A stretch of DNA of 64,000 nt from contig NC_058368.1 of the NCBI RefSeq assembly GCF_018350175.1, forward strand, positions 151,592,001 through 151,656,000, written 5' to 3'. Position numbers and translations under genes: made by a program. The notes under the pieces are model-generated. The model worked only from the letters and a program-made list of their open reading frames with translations. It had not been told where the DNA came from and did no database searches. This DNA comes from Felis catus. Its lineage: Eukaryota. Positions within the stretch are counted from its first letter, which is position 1; every line of letters begins with the position of its first letter. This document shows positions 50,550-62,137 of this stretch, piece by piece.

Positions 50550-50970
50550 TATAAGTAACAAGTTTCAATATATTATGCTGTGATAACAAATGACTCTCTA
50601 ATATCAAAACTTATAACAACAATGACTTAAATTCTTATTCATGTTAACATGCCAGCTGATGCCATTTATAGTCAGCTGAAATTAGTTTGAGTTGTCTATC
50701 CCTACTTTACATGTTTTCTCATACAAGCATCCAGGATGAAGGATCTGCACTCATATGAATCATTACATTCTCCAGGCAAAGATTAAGAACAAGAGGGCGG
50801 GCAAGCACGTGCAAAAGTTCTTAAAACTTTTGATCAAAGTACCTTACTTTGTGACCATTGACATGCCACTGACTAAATCAATTCACAAGGCCAAGTCCAA
50901 AAGCAATGAGTAGTGATATAAAACAGAAAGATGGAATGAATAGTTGGGAGCAATAATGTGGTCTGTCACA
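50550..50970. mobile_element. MLT1-type (MLT1I/J-like) LTR relic
   Basis: TATGCTGTGATAACAAATGACTCTCTAATATC...CACAAGGCCAAGTCC...GAATAGTTGGGAGCAATAATGTGGTCTGTCACA. Confidence 0.55.
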
Positions 50971-51171
50971 GTTTTCAAAAGACCTTCTCTAGTTCTCAGG
51001 GTTATTAAAAAGCCAAATCCTTTTAAATTTAATCAATGCAAATATTCCTTCTTCACACATTGTTCTTTAATTTCTCTAGTCAGTGGTTCATTGATCAATT
51101 CATTTGTATTCTTATAGCATCTTATACATATCTCTCTGATGATACATATCACAGTGTGTTATAATTAGGAG

Positions 51172-51591
51172 AATTATTATGCTGGCACTATTTAATAAAA
51201 GTAGCTCTAGGGAAAAAAAGTCTTAATTTGTAACGTTTGTCAATGCCCATGGTGTAAATACTATACCAGGACAGATTTCTAACAGCCATCGTGGTAATCA
51301 CAAAGCGTGGAATTTGGAAAAGATGTACAGTTCCACATTATGTAAGATTTCCAGCATGCAGAAATAATAGATGTAAATAAACTCCAATTCACAGATAATG
51401 GTAAAATGTAGTAAAACGATAAAGTGATGAGTTTTTAGTATTACTTGCAGTTTAATATATTTTATTTAATAATACATTTATGCAATTTATTATTTTTTTA
51501 GTAACAGCGTTTTTTAACAAATTGCAAAATTCCTAGAATTGCAGCAGTTGGTTCTCATGAGCAGATACAAGATGACTCCAACACACCACTG
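51172..51591. mobile_element. hAT-Blackjack MITE (MER63-like)
   Basis: Right end CTCCAACACACCACTG (reverse complement CAGTGGTGTGTTGGAG); internal ATTTGTAACGTTTGTCAATGCCCATGGTGTAAATACT matches MER63 as I recall it. Confidence 0.7.
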
Positions 51592-51599
51592 AAATTTTG

Positions 51600-51742
51600 A
51601 TGTCAGTGTTTATCTTTCTGTTAAAGATTGGGTGCCCTTCAAAGACAGGGACTGAGTCTTAATTATCTTTTTATTCACAGTGTCTAGCATGGTGCCTGGC
51701 ATTTGGTAGGCTCAATTAATGTCAATTAAATAAATGAGTGAG
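51600..51742 (+). mobile_element. LINE-2 3' terminus
   Basis: AAGACAGGGACTGAGTCTTAATTATCTTTTTATTCACAGTGTCTAGCATGGTGCCTGGCATTTGGTAGGCTCAATTAATG...AATAAATGAGTGA. Confidence 0.75.
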
Positions 51743-51979
51743 GAAAAAAGTGAATTAACAGGCGTTGTAGAGAATAGTAGAATGGATAGAAACAAACTTC
51801 ACTGGATTGGTATTACTTCTAATTGAGAGAATTATGGAAGCCTCAGAGTCACACATATTCCACAAGGATAAGAAAACAAAAACAAAACAAAAACAGGAAA
51901 AAGTCACATTGCCAGATACGTGGCTTGGATATAACCACTAGAGATATCTTGGTCACTTAAAGATGTATTTTTTATTGCT

Positions 51980-52121
51980 TTTTTTTTTTAAAATTATGTT
52001 TATTTGAGAGAGAGAGAGCGAGCGTGAACAGGGGAGGAGCAGAGAGATAGGGAGACACAGAATTGGAAGCAGGCTCTGAGCTGTCAGCACAGAACTTGAT
52101 GCAGGGCTAGAACCCACAAAC
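51980..52121 (-). mobile_element. 5'-truncated Can-SINE
   Basis: Tail and body up to GCAGGGCTAGAACCCACAAAC; head absent. Confidence 0.92.
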
Positions 52122-52169
52122 TTGCTCTTTCTGATAAAATACTGGACTCTACTGAATAACTCATTTAGT

Positions 52170-52395
52170 GATAATAATACCAGCCATTTACTAAGTACTA
52201 TGTGCCAGGCATTAAGTATCCTTGTATTATTTTATCCTTATAGGAACTATATGAAGTAAGTTACACTGTAATCCTGTTTTATAGATGAATACACCAAAAT
52301 TTAGAGAGGCTAAGTAACTTGCTTAGGATTCAAAAACAGAATGAGTTAGAGCCAGAATTTTATCCTGAATCCATCTTATTTCAGAGTCTTTTTCT
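52170..52395. mobile_element. MIR relic
   Basis: CATTTACTAAGTACTATGTGCCAGGCA...CCTGTTTTATAGATGAATACACC...AGAGAGGCTAAGTAACTTGCTTAGG. Confidence 0.75.
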
Positions 52396-53549
52396 TTGCT
52401 CCTGAGAAGCAGAGTTGCGGGAAGTTTTACCTTTTCATTTTACAGTGAGTAAAATTTGCTGCTTTAATGGACTTCTTAGTTACAGACATATATATTTTAT
52501 TTCTAAAGCACATGAAGGCTTTTATTTTTACATACTCTGATACACCTCCTCTAGGCAGAACTTTTCTTTAATGATGCCAAACTTAGCAATAACACCGGGC
52601 CATTGAATATTACTATCGGTCACCAATTCATCAGTTACTTTCTATTTATAATCTGATAATACGAACACTTTTCATTCAGTAACCAAAACGTAATCCTAAT
52701 CCTTCATCATGCTGATAAGAAATAAAATCTTTGAAGCATCCAATAGAAAGTCCTCTTAAGGTATTTGTCTATCTACAGTCTGGTTTTTGCAGGCTTGCTT
52801 AAGAAAGCCTGCTCACATGTTGAATTTGTTAATGTTTCACACAAAAATAGTAAACAAACAAGCTAATAACATTCACAACAGTTCAGGAAAATAATCTTTA
52901 GAGATATGGCAAAAGAGTGACTTACCCACCTACTCCTAAAGAAAGTAGATGAATTGTATAACTGGATACCAAAAATAAAGTCATACATCGGAGAGGTAAA
53001 ATGTGGATACTTTTCAACAATTTGATGAAAAAACAGGCCTTACTCAGTTTTGAAGAAATAGCTTATCAATCTGTCAAAATAGTAACTTTTCCTAAATGTT
53101 GTAAACATGACTGCCTGCTGAGTTAAGAATACAAGGCTAAAATTAGATGAGCAATATGGTTGGGTCTTGCAAGTAAAGCAATTGTCATAATAACAATAGA
53201 AAATCTATTGTACCTTGGCTTTTATGCTGCCACACACTGGTTTGCCTCTGACACCATGTGAAATAGAATTATACCTTGTAGTGCCTAGTAAACTGCCTTG
53301 TTGAAGTAGTGGTTCAATAAATATTTCTTGTATTGAATGCATGAGTTGGAACAGGGTTAAATTTATATTTTTATAAGTGTCTTATAGTTATATTAAAGGA
53401 TCTTATATTAAGGATCCTATATTAAAACAAAGAACTAAATGCCTTGGCTTAAGTAGAATTACAGTATGGCACATTTTATTACTTTATGTATTATTATTTT
53501 ATTATTTATGACATGGTCATAAAGTTTGTTCAGAAATTAACCATGGGTT

Positions 53550-54990
53550 TTTTTATGCTGGATAAGACAAATTAAACACACCTTATCCTTTCTTTGTTAC
53601 TGAATGCAGCTATAAATCTTGGAGAGAATGAACTGAGCAACTATCTGAGAACTATGAAGAGCAAAAAGCAGAGCAATTGGAGGAGATCAGAATTTGAACT
53701 AAAACCAAACTGATAGTGAATTTATCTTTTTGTTTCCTCTAGCAACTCCAGGCCTAGACTCAACTGATCCTGAAATTTGGAGGTGGACATCAGCATGGTT
53801 AGATGAAGCTCTAAAAGAAACTCTCTAGTTTAGAGGTAGAAAGGTGTGTCCTATTAATATTAGTGTTGCAGCGGGGGACCCACAACTCTACAACTCTGAG
53901 GAAGGACAACTTTCCTCTGTCAGAATCTGTGGTCACATGTAGGTTGGACAAACCCCTGTTTCCTTTTCCTCTCTCTGGTCTCCTGCTTCTTGACCCTGGA
54001 TGAGACTGTAATAATATAAAGTGCACAAGACAGAAGCACAACTCAGTCTCCAGCTTTCTGGCCAGAAAGTACTGGGGATATCAATGGAAAGGGAGAAATC
54101 CAAAGAGATGGCCATTCAAGTTGTTTATAAGCTCTTAGGCTTACTCCTGAGCTTTGTATACATGGACTTGACCCTATACATTACACTAAAAGCTCTGGGA
54201 AGTGAAATAAGACATGGACTACCACCAATCTTAGACTGGCAACTGGGTGTGGCAAACATAGGACAGATATAAATAGCATTTCAAAGGCTTTGAAAATGGA
54301 ACTGACACTAAAACCACAACCCTCAAAAGGCTAGTTAGAACTTGTGGCCTGAATCCAAATTACTTGATTGCCTTCTAAACCAAATGTCAACATACTCCTA
54401 AGGATTTAACCAAGACCTAGACTATCATACCATAATATTAAAATTTTCAGAATACAATTCAAAATGTGTCACCATAGGAAGAACCAGGAAAATTTTAACT
54501 GTAATAGGAGACTCCAATACCCAAATGTTACAGAAGCCAGATAATCTGACAAGGACTTTAAGCAGCTATCATAAATTTCATAATGATGCAAGAAATAAGA
54601 GCAAACACTCTAGAAATGAATATAAAGTTAAAATTATCAGAAAAGCAAAAGAAAATCAAAAGAAGAACCAAATAGAATTTTGGAACTAAAAATTAAAATA
54701 TTAAAAATAACAAAACTCATTAGATGGGTTCAACGGCAGAAAAGGGATGACAAAAGAATGAGTCAGTAAACTGGAAGACAGAAGATTAGAAATTATTCAT
54801 TCAAAATGTAAAGAGAAAATATACCGGAAAATAAATGGACAGAATCCCAGGGACTTGTGGAACAATACCCAAAGTTTTAACATTTATGGTATGTGGTCCC
54901 ATTTATGGTCCCAGGAGAAGAAAAATATCTGGTAAGAAAAAAAAATTCAAGTAAATAATGGCTTAAACTTCTCAAGTATGTATGTATGTA

Positions 54991-55042
<52 letters not shown>

Positions 55043-55094
55043 CACATACATACATACATACATGAGAAGTTTAAGCCATTATTTACTTGAATTT

Positions 55095-55149
<55 letters not shown>

Positions 55150-56210
55150 TACATATATATATTTCTCAAGTATATATATATATATTTCTCAAGTATATAT
55201 ATATTTATGTGTATATATATATATATGTATATGTGTATGTGTGTGTATGTGTGTATGTGTTTTAATAAACTCAGTAAACCCTAAACAGGATAAAGATAGA
55301 GAAATTCAGGTCCAAACATATCATAATCAAACTGAAGACTGAAGAAATATTTCTTGAAATCATCTGGACAAAAATTATGTGCTATATATAATAGAACAGT
55401 AATTTGGATGATTGTGGACATATCTCCAAAACAATGGTGGCCAGAAAACAAAAATGCAACATTTTAAAAATGCTAAAAACAAATGTCAACTTAGCATTCT
55501 TATCCAGTGAAAATACCCTTCAAGAATAAAGGTGAAGTAAATACATTCTAAGGTGTAGGAAACTAGAAGAATTCATTGTCTGAAGACCTGCTCTAAAATA
55601 ATTGACAGGAAATTATTCACAAAGAAGGGGAATTTTTGTCAGAAGTAGATTTGAAACATTTAGAAGAAAGGACAAGAAATAGAAATGTTATCTGAGTAAA
55701 TACAATATACTTCTCTTCATTTCTTTAAATATTTTTCACAGTTGAAAGAAAAAAATTATAATATTTTCTGAAGGTGTTTTTAATGTATGTAGATATAATA
55801 TAGAAACCACGCATAACATAAAGAAGCAAAGGTAAAGGGACATCTAAATTGGTAAGTTTTCTACATTCCACTTGGAATAGTAAAAAGTTAATTCTAAGTA
55901 GACTTTTAAAAGTTAAGTCTGTGTACTATAACCTCTAGAACAATTACTAAAAAATTCATAAAAGATATGTAGTCCAAAAACAATAGATACATAACAATGG
56001 AATACTACAGGAGGGGGAAGAGAAAAGAGAGATCTAACAGTCCAAAGAACAGGAAAGGGAAAAGAAGTAGATTAAAAAAACCCAACAACACAAGGAACAA
56101 ACAGAAAAACATAAAATGGTAACCTGAACCCACATATAGAACTACAATCAATGTAAATGGTTTATATAAATCAATTAAAATACAGAGAATAGAGCGGATT
56201 CAAAAAAAAT
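53550..56210 (+). mobile_element. Ancient L1 (L1M/L1MC-like) 5'UTR, ORF1 and start of ORF2, decayed
   Basis: ORF1-like CAGAATCCCAGGGACTTGTGGAACAATA and TATCCAGTGAAAATACCCTTCAAGAATAAAGGTGAAGTAAA; ORF2 start ACAATCAATGTAAATGGTTTA (TINVNGL) at ~56143. Confidence 0.75.
54975..55262. repeat. Complex (TATG)/(TG)/(TA)/(CA) microsatellite with embedded inverted duplication
   Basis: Read directly from the sequence; see findings. Confidence 0.95.
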
Positions 56211-56213
56211 CTA

Positions 56214-56440
56214 TTACAGTTTGGTCATTTATGTGTCAACTTTGTTGGCCCATCACCTACTCAGATATTTGATCGAACATTATTTTGGATGTGTACATGA
56301 AGGTATTTTGGGATAAGCTTAATATTTGAATCAGTAAACTGAATAATGCAGATTGGTCTCTCTAATGTGGTGTACTTTTCCTATTCCATAGAAGGTCTAA
56401 CTAGACCCTGCTGAGAAGAAGAAACTCCTTCTGTCTGACT
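56214..56440 (+). mobile_element. MLT2 (ERVL LTR) 5' fragment
   Basis: TTATGTGTCAACTT...CAGATATTTGATCGAACATTATTTTGGATGTGTACATGAAGGTATTTT...GCAGATTGGTCTCTCTAATGTGG. Confidence 0.75.
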
Positions 56441-57504
56441 ACATAATCATAAGGTTATTAATCAGTTGACCTTAAATTAGGGAGATTACCCTAGTGGAAC
56501 TAACTTAATCATATCCCTTTTAAAACGTTTTAGATATCTAGAGCCTGTCTGACTGGGAACTATTGTCATATAGTCATTCTTAAGCACAAGGAAGCTGGTC
56601 TAAAACTTCTAAGGCTGTTTGTGATTAGCTCATTTCCATGGAATAATTTCATTCCTGAAGAGTGATATTTTCTCTAATTAATCATTGTGTTGACCAGACT
56701 AAGTTATCATTATATACTTGCTGAATTAATGAATTTAAGAGGCATTAGGGTACCATGGTGAAACTCTTGGAACCCTCACCAAATAGGGCAGGTGAGCCCT
56801 GCCCCATTCTTGGGCAACTGCAAGTTCTTGGTAGTTTCTAATGAGCAACTCTGGCACAATTTTTCACATGCTGCTCTCTCCTTTTACGCTAGCTCTCATC
56901 TTGAATCCTGATTCTCTTTGTAGCATCATTCACATGCACCTGAATATGCAGTTAAGAGTACTCAGTGGATCCATCTGTGAATCATCATTTTGTATTCTTT
57001 ACTCATATCACAAATCAACTGCAGATTTGAAATAACTAGAATAATGTTTAAAACACTCTTAGCAAACTCATTCAGTCTTGAATTTATGTACTCACCATTG
57101 TACTTTCTACAGGCACTTAAAATTAATCATTCACTACATGTATACACACTGGGAAATAGCAAGTCTGAGCCAGAAGAAAGCCATATGCAGTTTAGGCAAT
57201 GAGTTTCAAATTGTGGCTAGTCAAGGAGAAAGGTTTTTTTCCAGAGATGCTGGAAAAGGCTTTGGGTTCTACTATTCAAGGGAAGACACTTGCTATGAGA
57301 GGCTAAATAGCCTCTGTGTCGAGCACACATTCTCGTTCTCAGGAGAGACATCTGTTTGACAGCAGAGAATCTGGCTTCCAGGTAATAACCAGGCTGTATT
57401 CACTACCCACACAAAACAGCCTGGACAGTTTCCAATCCTGACAGGTAGAGAGTTTTACAGTGGCCAGCCCCTACTGCTCCTGGCTCCAAAAAGTGGCCAA
57501 AGTG

Positions 57505-57965
57505 TATTCCATATCCTGAGTCAGGTCATCCCAGAAGGAAAAACCTGAGCCTAGATTTCAAGGGCAAGTTATTTATTAGGGCAGTGCTCCCAGGAGAAAC
57601 TGGTAATAGAGTTCAGAATAGGGAGGAAGAGGAACCAAGAAAAGGGGCACTATCAGGTGCAGTTCCAGGCTTAGCCAGATTCCAGAAAAAGCTGTGGAGC
57701 ATAGATACCAAGTCAGTTTGTGATGTCTCAAGGCAAAGGGCCGGGCTCTGTATCTTTTTACCAGACAGTCCATGAGTCACCCCAGAAAGACATAAACTCC
57801 CAGGCATTTCCAGCTAGTTACCTACAAGAGAACGTAGCTCCAGTAACCCAGTGCAATCCTTTGAGAGATGTTAGAATGAAATCTATGAGAGGTAGAGCAC
57901 ACATCATGGTTGAAGGGAATTGAGGGATCTAGCCAGGGTGCCAAGCCAGGGGGACCAATATCTAA
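57505..57965 (-). mobile_element. ERVL LTR relic (LTR33/LTR16-like)
   Basis: CCCAGAAGGAAAAACCTGAGCCTAGATTTCAAGGGCAAGTTATTTATTAGGGCAGTGCTCCCAGGAGA. Confidence 0.5.
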
Positions 57966-58334
57966 CTTACTTATGTAGGTTTCTGGGCAAATGCTCATCT
58001 GTGTCCTATGATCTGTCTCCCACTTCTACATCTCTCCTCCCGGCTGTTCATCAGAGAATCACCCTATTGCTTGTGTGGACTTTTAGGTAAGGAAATGGGA
58101 AAGACTTCATGGATTAAGACATGAACCAGTGCCGCAAGTTACCATAACTAATATAAATGAAAACAGGTGCAAAGGAATTTGGGCTCCAAGAACAAGTTCT
58201 TCACACCAACATTATGTTCATTAATGAGGTGTTCTGGGTCTTTTCTAAAGACCTTGAAGACCAAAGTGCTTTAGAAGGCAGTATGGCATGCCACATAAAA
58301 GAGCACAGGCTTCAGAATTATGAAGACAACGTTG

Positions 58335-58670
58335 GCACTGATGACCTCTGCCCCAGTGTTATTCCCTGGCGATACTGTTAAATGACAAAAGGGATTTTGC
58401 AGATATAAATAAGACTACTAATGGGGTGACCTCAAGATGGGGAGATTTTTCAGGTGGTCCAAAGCTACTGAGGTGATTCCTCTCTGAGCCTCTAGGTAAG
58501 ATTCCAGTATGGCTAACATGCTGATTTCAACCTGATGAGGCCCTAAGCAAAAAATTGCAGTTGAGCCCAGCTTGTACATGTGACCTACAGAATGGTGAGA
58601 GAATAAATGAATATTGTTTTAAGCACATAAATTTGTGATATAACTTGTAATGCAGTAGTTTAGTAATACA
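58335..58670 (+). mobile_element. MLT1D/E-like LTR
   Basis: GACAAAAGGGATTTTGCAGAT...TGACCTACAGAATGGTGAGAGAATAAATGAATATTGTTTTAAGC...TAATACA. Confidence 0.75.
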
Positions 58671-58715
58671 TTATGTTCAAATTCTAACATTATCACTGCC
58701 AAAGTGCCGTCATTG

Positions 58716-59504
58716 TGTATTCTTTTCCCCAAGGCTGCAGTAACAAAGTACCACACAGGTGGTGTCTTAAAAGCAACAGAAATTTTATTTCTTATAGGTT
58801 CAGGGGCCTGAAGTCTGAAATCAGAATCATAGGGCCAAAATCAAGATGACAGTAGGACTGTGCTCCCTCTGGGGGCTTCTAGGAGAATCCATCTCTTACA
58901 TCGTACATATTCTGGTGGCTATTGGAATTTCCTGGCTTGTGGTTGCATCACTTCACTCTCTGCCTCTGTCTTCACGTTGCCTCTGTTTTCTTCTCCCCAT
59001 TACCCACCTCCTGTGTGTGTGTGTGTGTGTGTGCGCGTGTGTGTAAAATCTGTGTGCGCGTGTGTGTAAAATCTCCTCTTACCTTCCTTTTGTAAGAATA
59101 TGTGTCACTGTACTTGGGGATTTTCTGGATGACCCAGAATAATTTCCCCATTTCAAGATCCTTAATCACATCACATCTGCAAAGATTCTTTTCTTTTTAA
59201 AATTTTTTTTAATGTTTATTTATTTTTGACAGAGAGAGAGCGTGAGCGGGGGAGGGGCAGAGAGAGAGGGAGACACAAAATGTGAAGCAGGCTCTAGGCT
59301 CTGAGGTGTCAGCACAGAGCCCGACACGGGGCTTGAACCCATAAACCACGAGATCATGACCTGAGCTGAAGCTGGACACTCAACTGACTGAGCCACCCAA
59401 GCACCCCTGCAAAGGTTCTTTTCTTTTGCAATATAAGGTAACATTCACAGATTCAAGATATTATATCATATAACTTCTGAGGGGCCATTTTTCAGTCTGC
59501 CACA
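58716..59504 (-). mobile_element. MLT1B/C-like LTR, SINE-interrupted
   Basis: GGCTGCAGTAACAAAGTACCACA...AAGCAACAGAAATTTTATT...TCAAGATCCTTAATCACATCACATCTGCAAAG...TTCAGTCTGCCACA. Confidence 0.8.
59198..59407 (-). mobile_element. Can-SINE
   Basis: TSD TGCAAAG(A/G)TTCTTTTCTTTT at 59178-59197 and 59408-59427. Confidence 0.97.
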
Positions 59505-60115
59505 CACTATGAACAGTCATTGAATATCTCTGAGAATTTTAGATTCCTCACTGAAAAAAATGGGACCAAATATGACTATGTCAAGGGGTTAGTGTAACAA
59601 GTAGTAAGCTTATGTGTCTAAAACATTTACCAACATGCTTAGGATGGGGCTGACACCCAGTAGGGGACAATTTTTACTGCTAACAGAAAAGCCATGATCA
59701 GTATTTGAAATCCAAGATGAAAAAAAAATTTTTGAATCTTTTAACAAAGCTATAAGCTCATCTTTCTTTAATCCATTTGATGCTAGAAACTGTCCACTTA
59801 TCAGCTGTATCTGTGTTAGAAAATTGTCAAATGACTGCTGTCTTACTACCATTATAATTCAATTGGATTTCGCTTTAACTCTGCAAATGTTCACTCATTC
59901 TGCTATGTGCAAGGAACTCTGCTGTTCACCAGGACATGCATATCTAAGCAGGACACAATCTGTGATTTAGTCAGCCTTACAATCCAGTAGGGAAAAAGAG
60001 TTTTCCATAAATACTTGCTTCATAGAACATATACAGTATCCCAAATAAGTTAAATATTAATTTAGCTATTCCCCATTTTACGAGGTTTACATCCAAACTT
60101 GAAAACAAATATCAT

Positions 60116-60146
60116 GAACAACAACAACAACAACAACAACAACAAA
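60116..60146. repeat. (AAC)n microsatellite
   Basis: Tandem AAC units. Confidence 0.93.
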
Positions 60147-61923
60147 AGTACGACATTATATAGGATTGTTAAACTCATGGTTGATGAAATGACAGCACAA
60201 CATAGTACTCATAAATCGTGTGTGAATTTTCTATAACTTTACAAGTACACATTTTATGAAGAAAACTCAGGTAAGAAATATTTGAAAGTGATCACAATCA
60301 GTGGTTTCATTAGCCAACTTTCTAAATCAAGCCTGCATACGCCGCATCTCACAATAGGGCTGCCTGGGGCTATCTGAAACTCATGGAGAAACAACTGGCC
60401 TCTGGACCCTCACTGAGTCCTTGGGAATGTTTTGTGAAAATTCAGGCATCCACAATAACATGAATGACTCTGAAATAATTTTTTTTTGCTTTAAATATTT
60501 CTGTCATAAAACTATACTTGTGGTATCGCTGTCTATGTTGGCAGTAGTGTTTTAAGTCAACAGAATTTCCTATAAAACAAAACGAAAAGACAGTGACTCA
60601 CTAATCTGTTTAAAGCAGACAAAACATTAGATAAAGCAACAGAAATTGTTCCAAGGTTTTATGTTTTCCCTTCTCTCTCCCTGGTTTGTTCTTTTTTTCT
60701 TTTTCCTTCTTCTTCCTTTTTTTTAAAAATTCTTTGGTTTTTGTCCATTTAGATTTACTTCTGCAATTAAACTTGCCTCAACAATTTTGTGATACATAAG
60801 ATTAACTGTCACCCTCAGAATATGTGGTCTTCCTTCCCCCACCCGTCATCATCTGGTGCCCATAGACATAATCAGAATGTAGCATACAGGGACTGGGAAG
60901 AAAGTACAATAAAATTAAAATTTATGCAGAGATTTTGTTTTTTGTAGAAATCTTTATCTTTTATAAGGGAGGGTAACTGCCAGCAAAAGCAACTGGCCAA
61001 ATACCACACAGCTGGTAAGGTGTTGGATATTAATATTTGAACTATGATTCTTTAAATCTGATGGGATGGAAATACCTTATCATCCCCATGCTGGTTAGCA
61101 CCTCATGAAGCAGACCTGAATAACAGTATATTCAGTGATCACAAATATTCTTTGTACCTTTGTGGGATGATGCAGCTTCCATGTAGAGGACTTTTGAAAC
61201 CGTATTGTTAAACGGATTATTAGATTATTACAGTAGACTTTCACTGCTACATATATTTCTGTTTGATTTGTGACTGCTACAGAACAAGCAATACAGAGGA
61301 CATAGGAAGGCAAGTTTTAGAAAGAACAGCTTCTAGCTTTAATGTGGGCAGAGTAAATTATGCTTTCAGTTTTGAAAAATAAAAGAAAAAGCTAGAAGCA
61401 CTTTTCTATTGTTTATTTTTTGTTGCTCTTCCCTGTCTAGACATGAATGCAGGATACCAGATGAGCATCTAAGATCTGACAGAGCAGCAGCAATTTGATG
61501 GCCTTTAGCATGTCTGTATATAGTGTCATTATATAAGTTTTCTGCACATTTTGCTCACTACTGCAACTAGTTTCTGATTGACGATAAAATAAGGGCTTGT
61601 TTTGGGCTACGAATAAACATAGAACCATAACAGAACTGATCCTCCTTAAAGAGTCACCTCACAGATGTCAGGCTCCTCTCCTTGCCCTGTCTTTGGTACC
61701 CAGCCCCACCTATAAGGATGCCAGGTAAGGCCAGAATTCAAAGAATGTGATTAGAGATGCCAAAATTCATTTTGAAAAACATTTTTCTTCATCAACAGGT
61801 GTTTTTATTTTCCCAAAGGGGTAAAAAGTCATTCCCTTTGTTTATTTGAATAGAATCACTGGGTGTAATAATTAAGCAGTGCATGTTTGCTAGTCAATAT
61901 CATAATAAAACAGGATTCCATTT

Positions 61924-62137
61924 AAATTTTTTTTAACCTTTATTTATTTTTGAGACAGAGAGAGACAGAGCATAAGTTGGGGAGGGGCAGAGAGAGAAGG
62001 AGACACAGAATCCGAAACAGGCTCCAGGCTCCGAGCTGTCAGCACAGAGCCTGACGCGGGGCTCGAACTCACGGACTGCGAGATCACGACCCGAGATGAA
62101 GTCGGACGCTTAACCGACTGAGCCACCCAGGCGCCCC
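61924..62137 (-). mobile_element. Young Can-SINE (CpG-rich)
   Basis: TSD AAAA(C/T)AGGATTCCATTT at 61907-61923 and 62138-62154. Confidence 0.98.

Noticed and set aside
3438..62126. Recurrent short ORFs such as 'AQSVKRPTSAQVMIS...SVLTAQSLEPASDSVSPSLS' as a peptide family
   Set aside because: They are translations of Can-SINE copies, not a gene family
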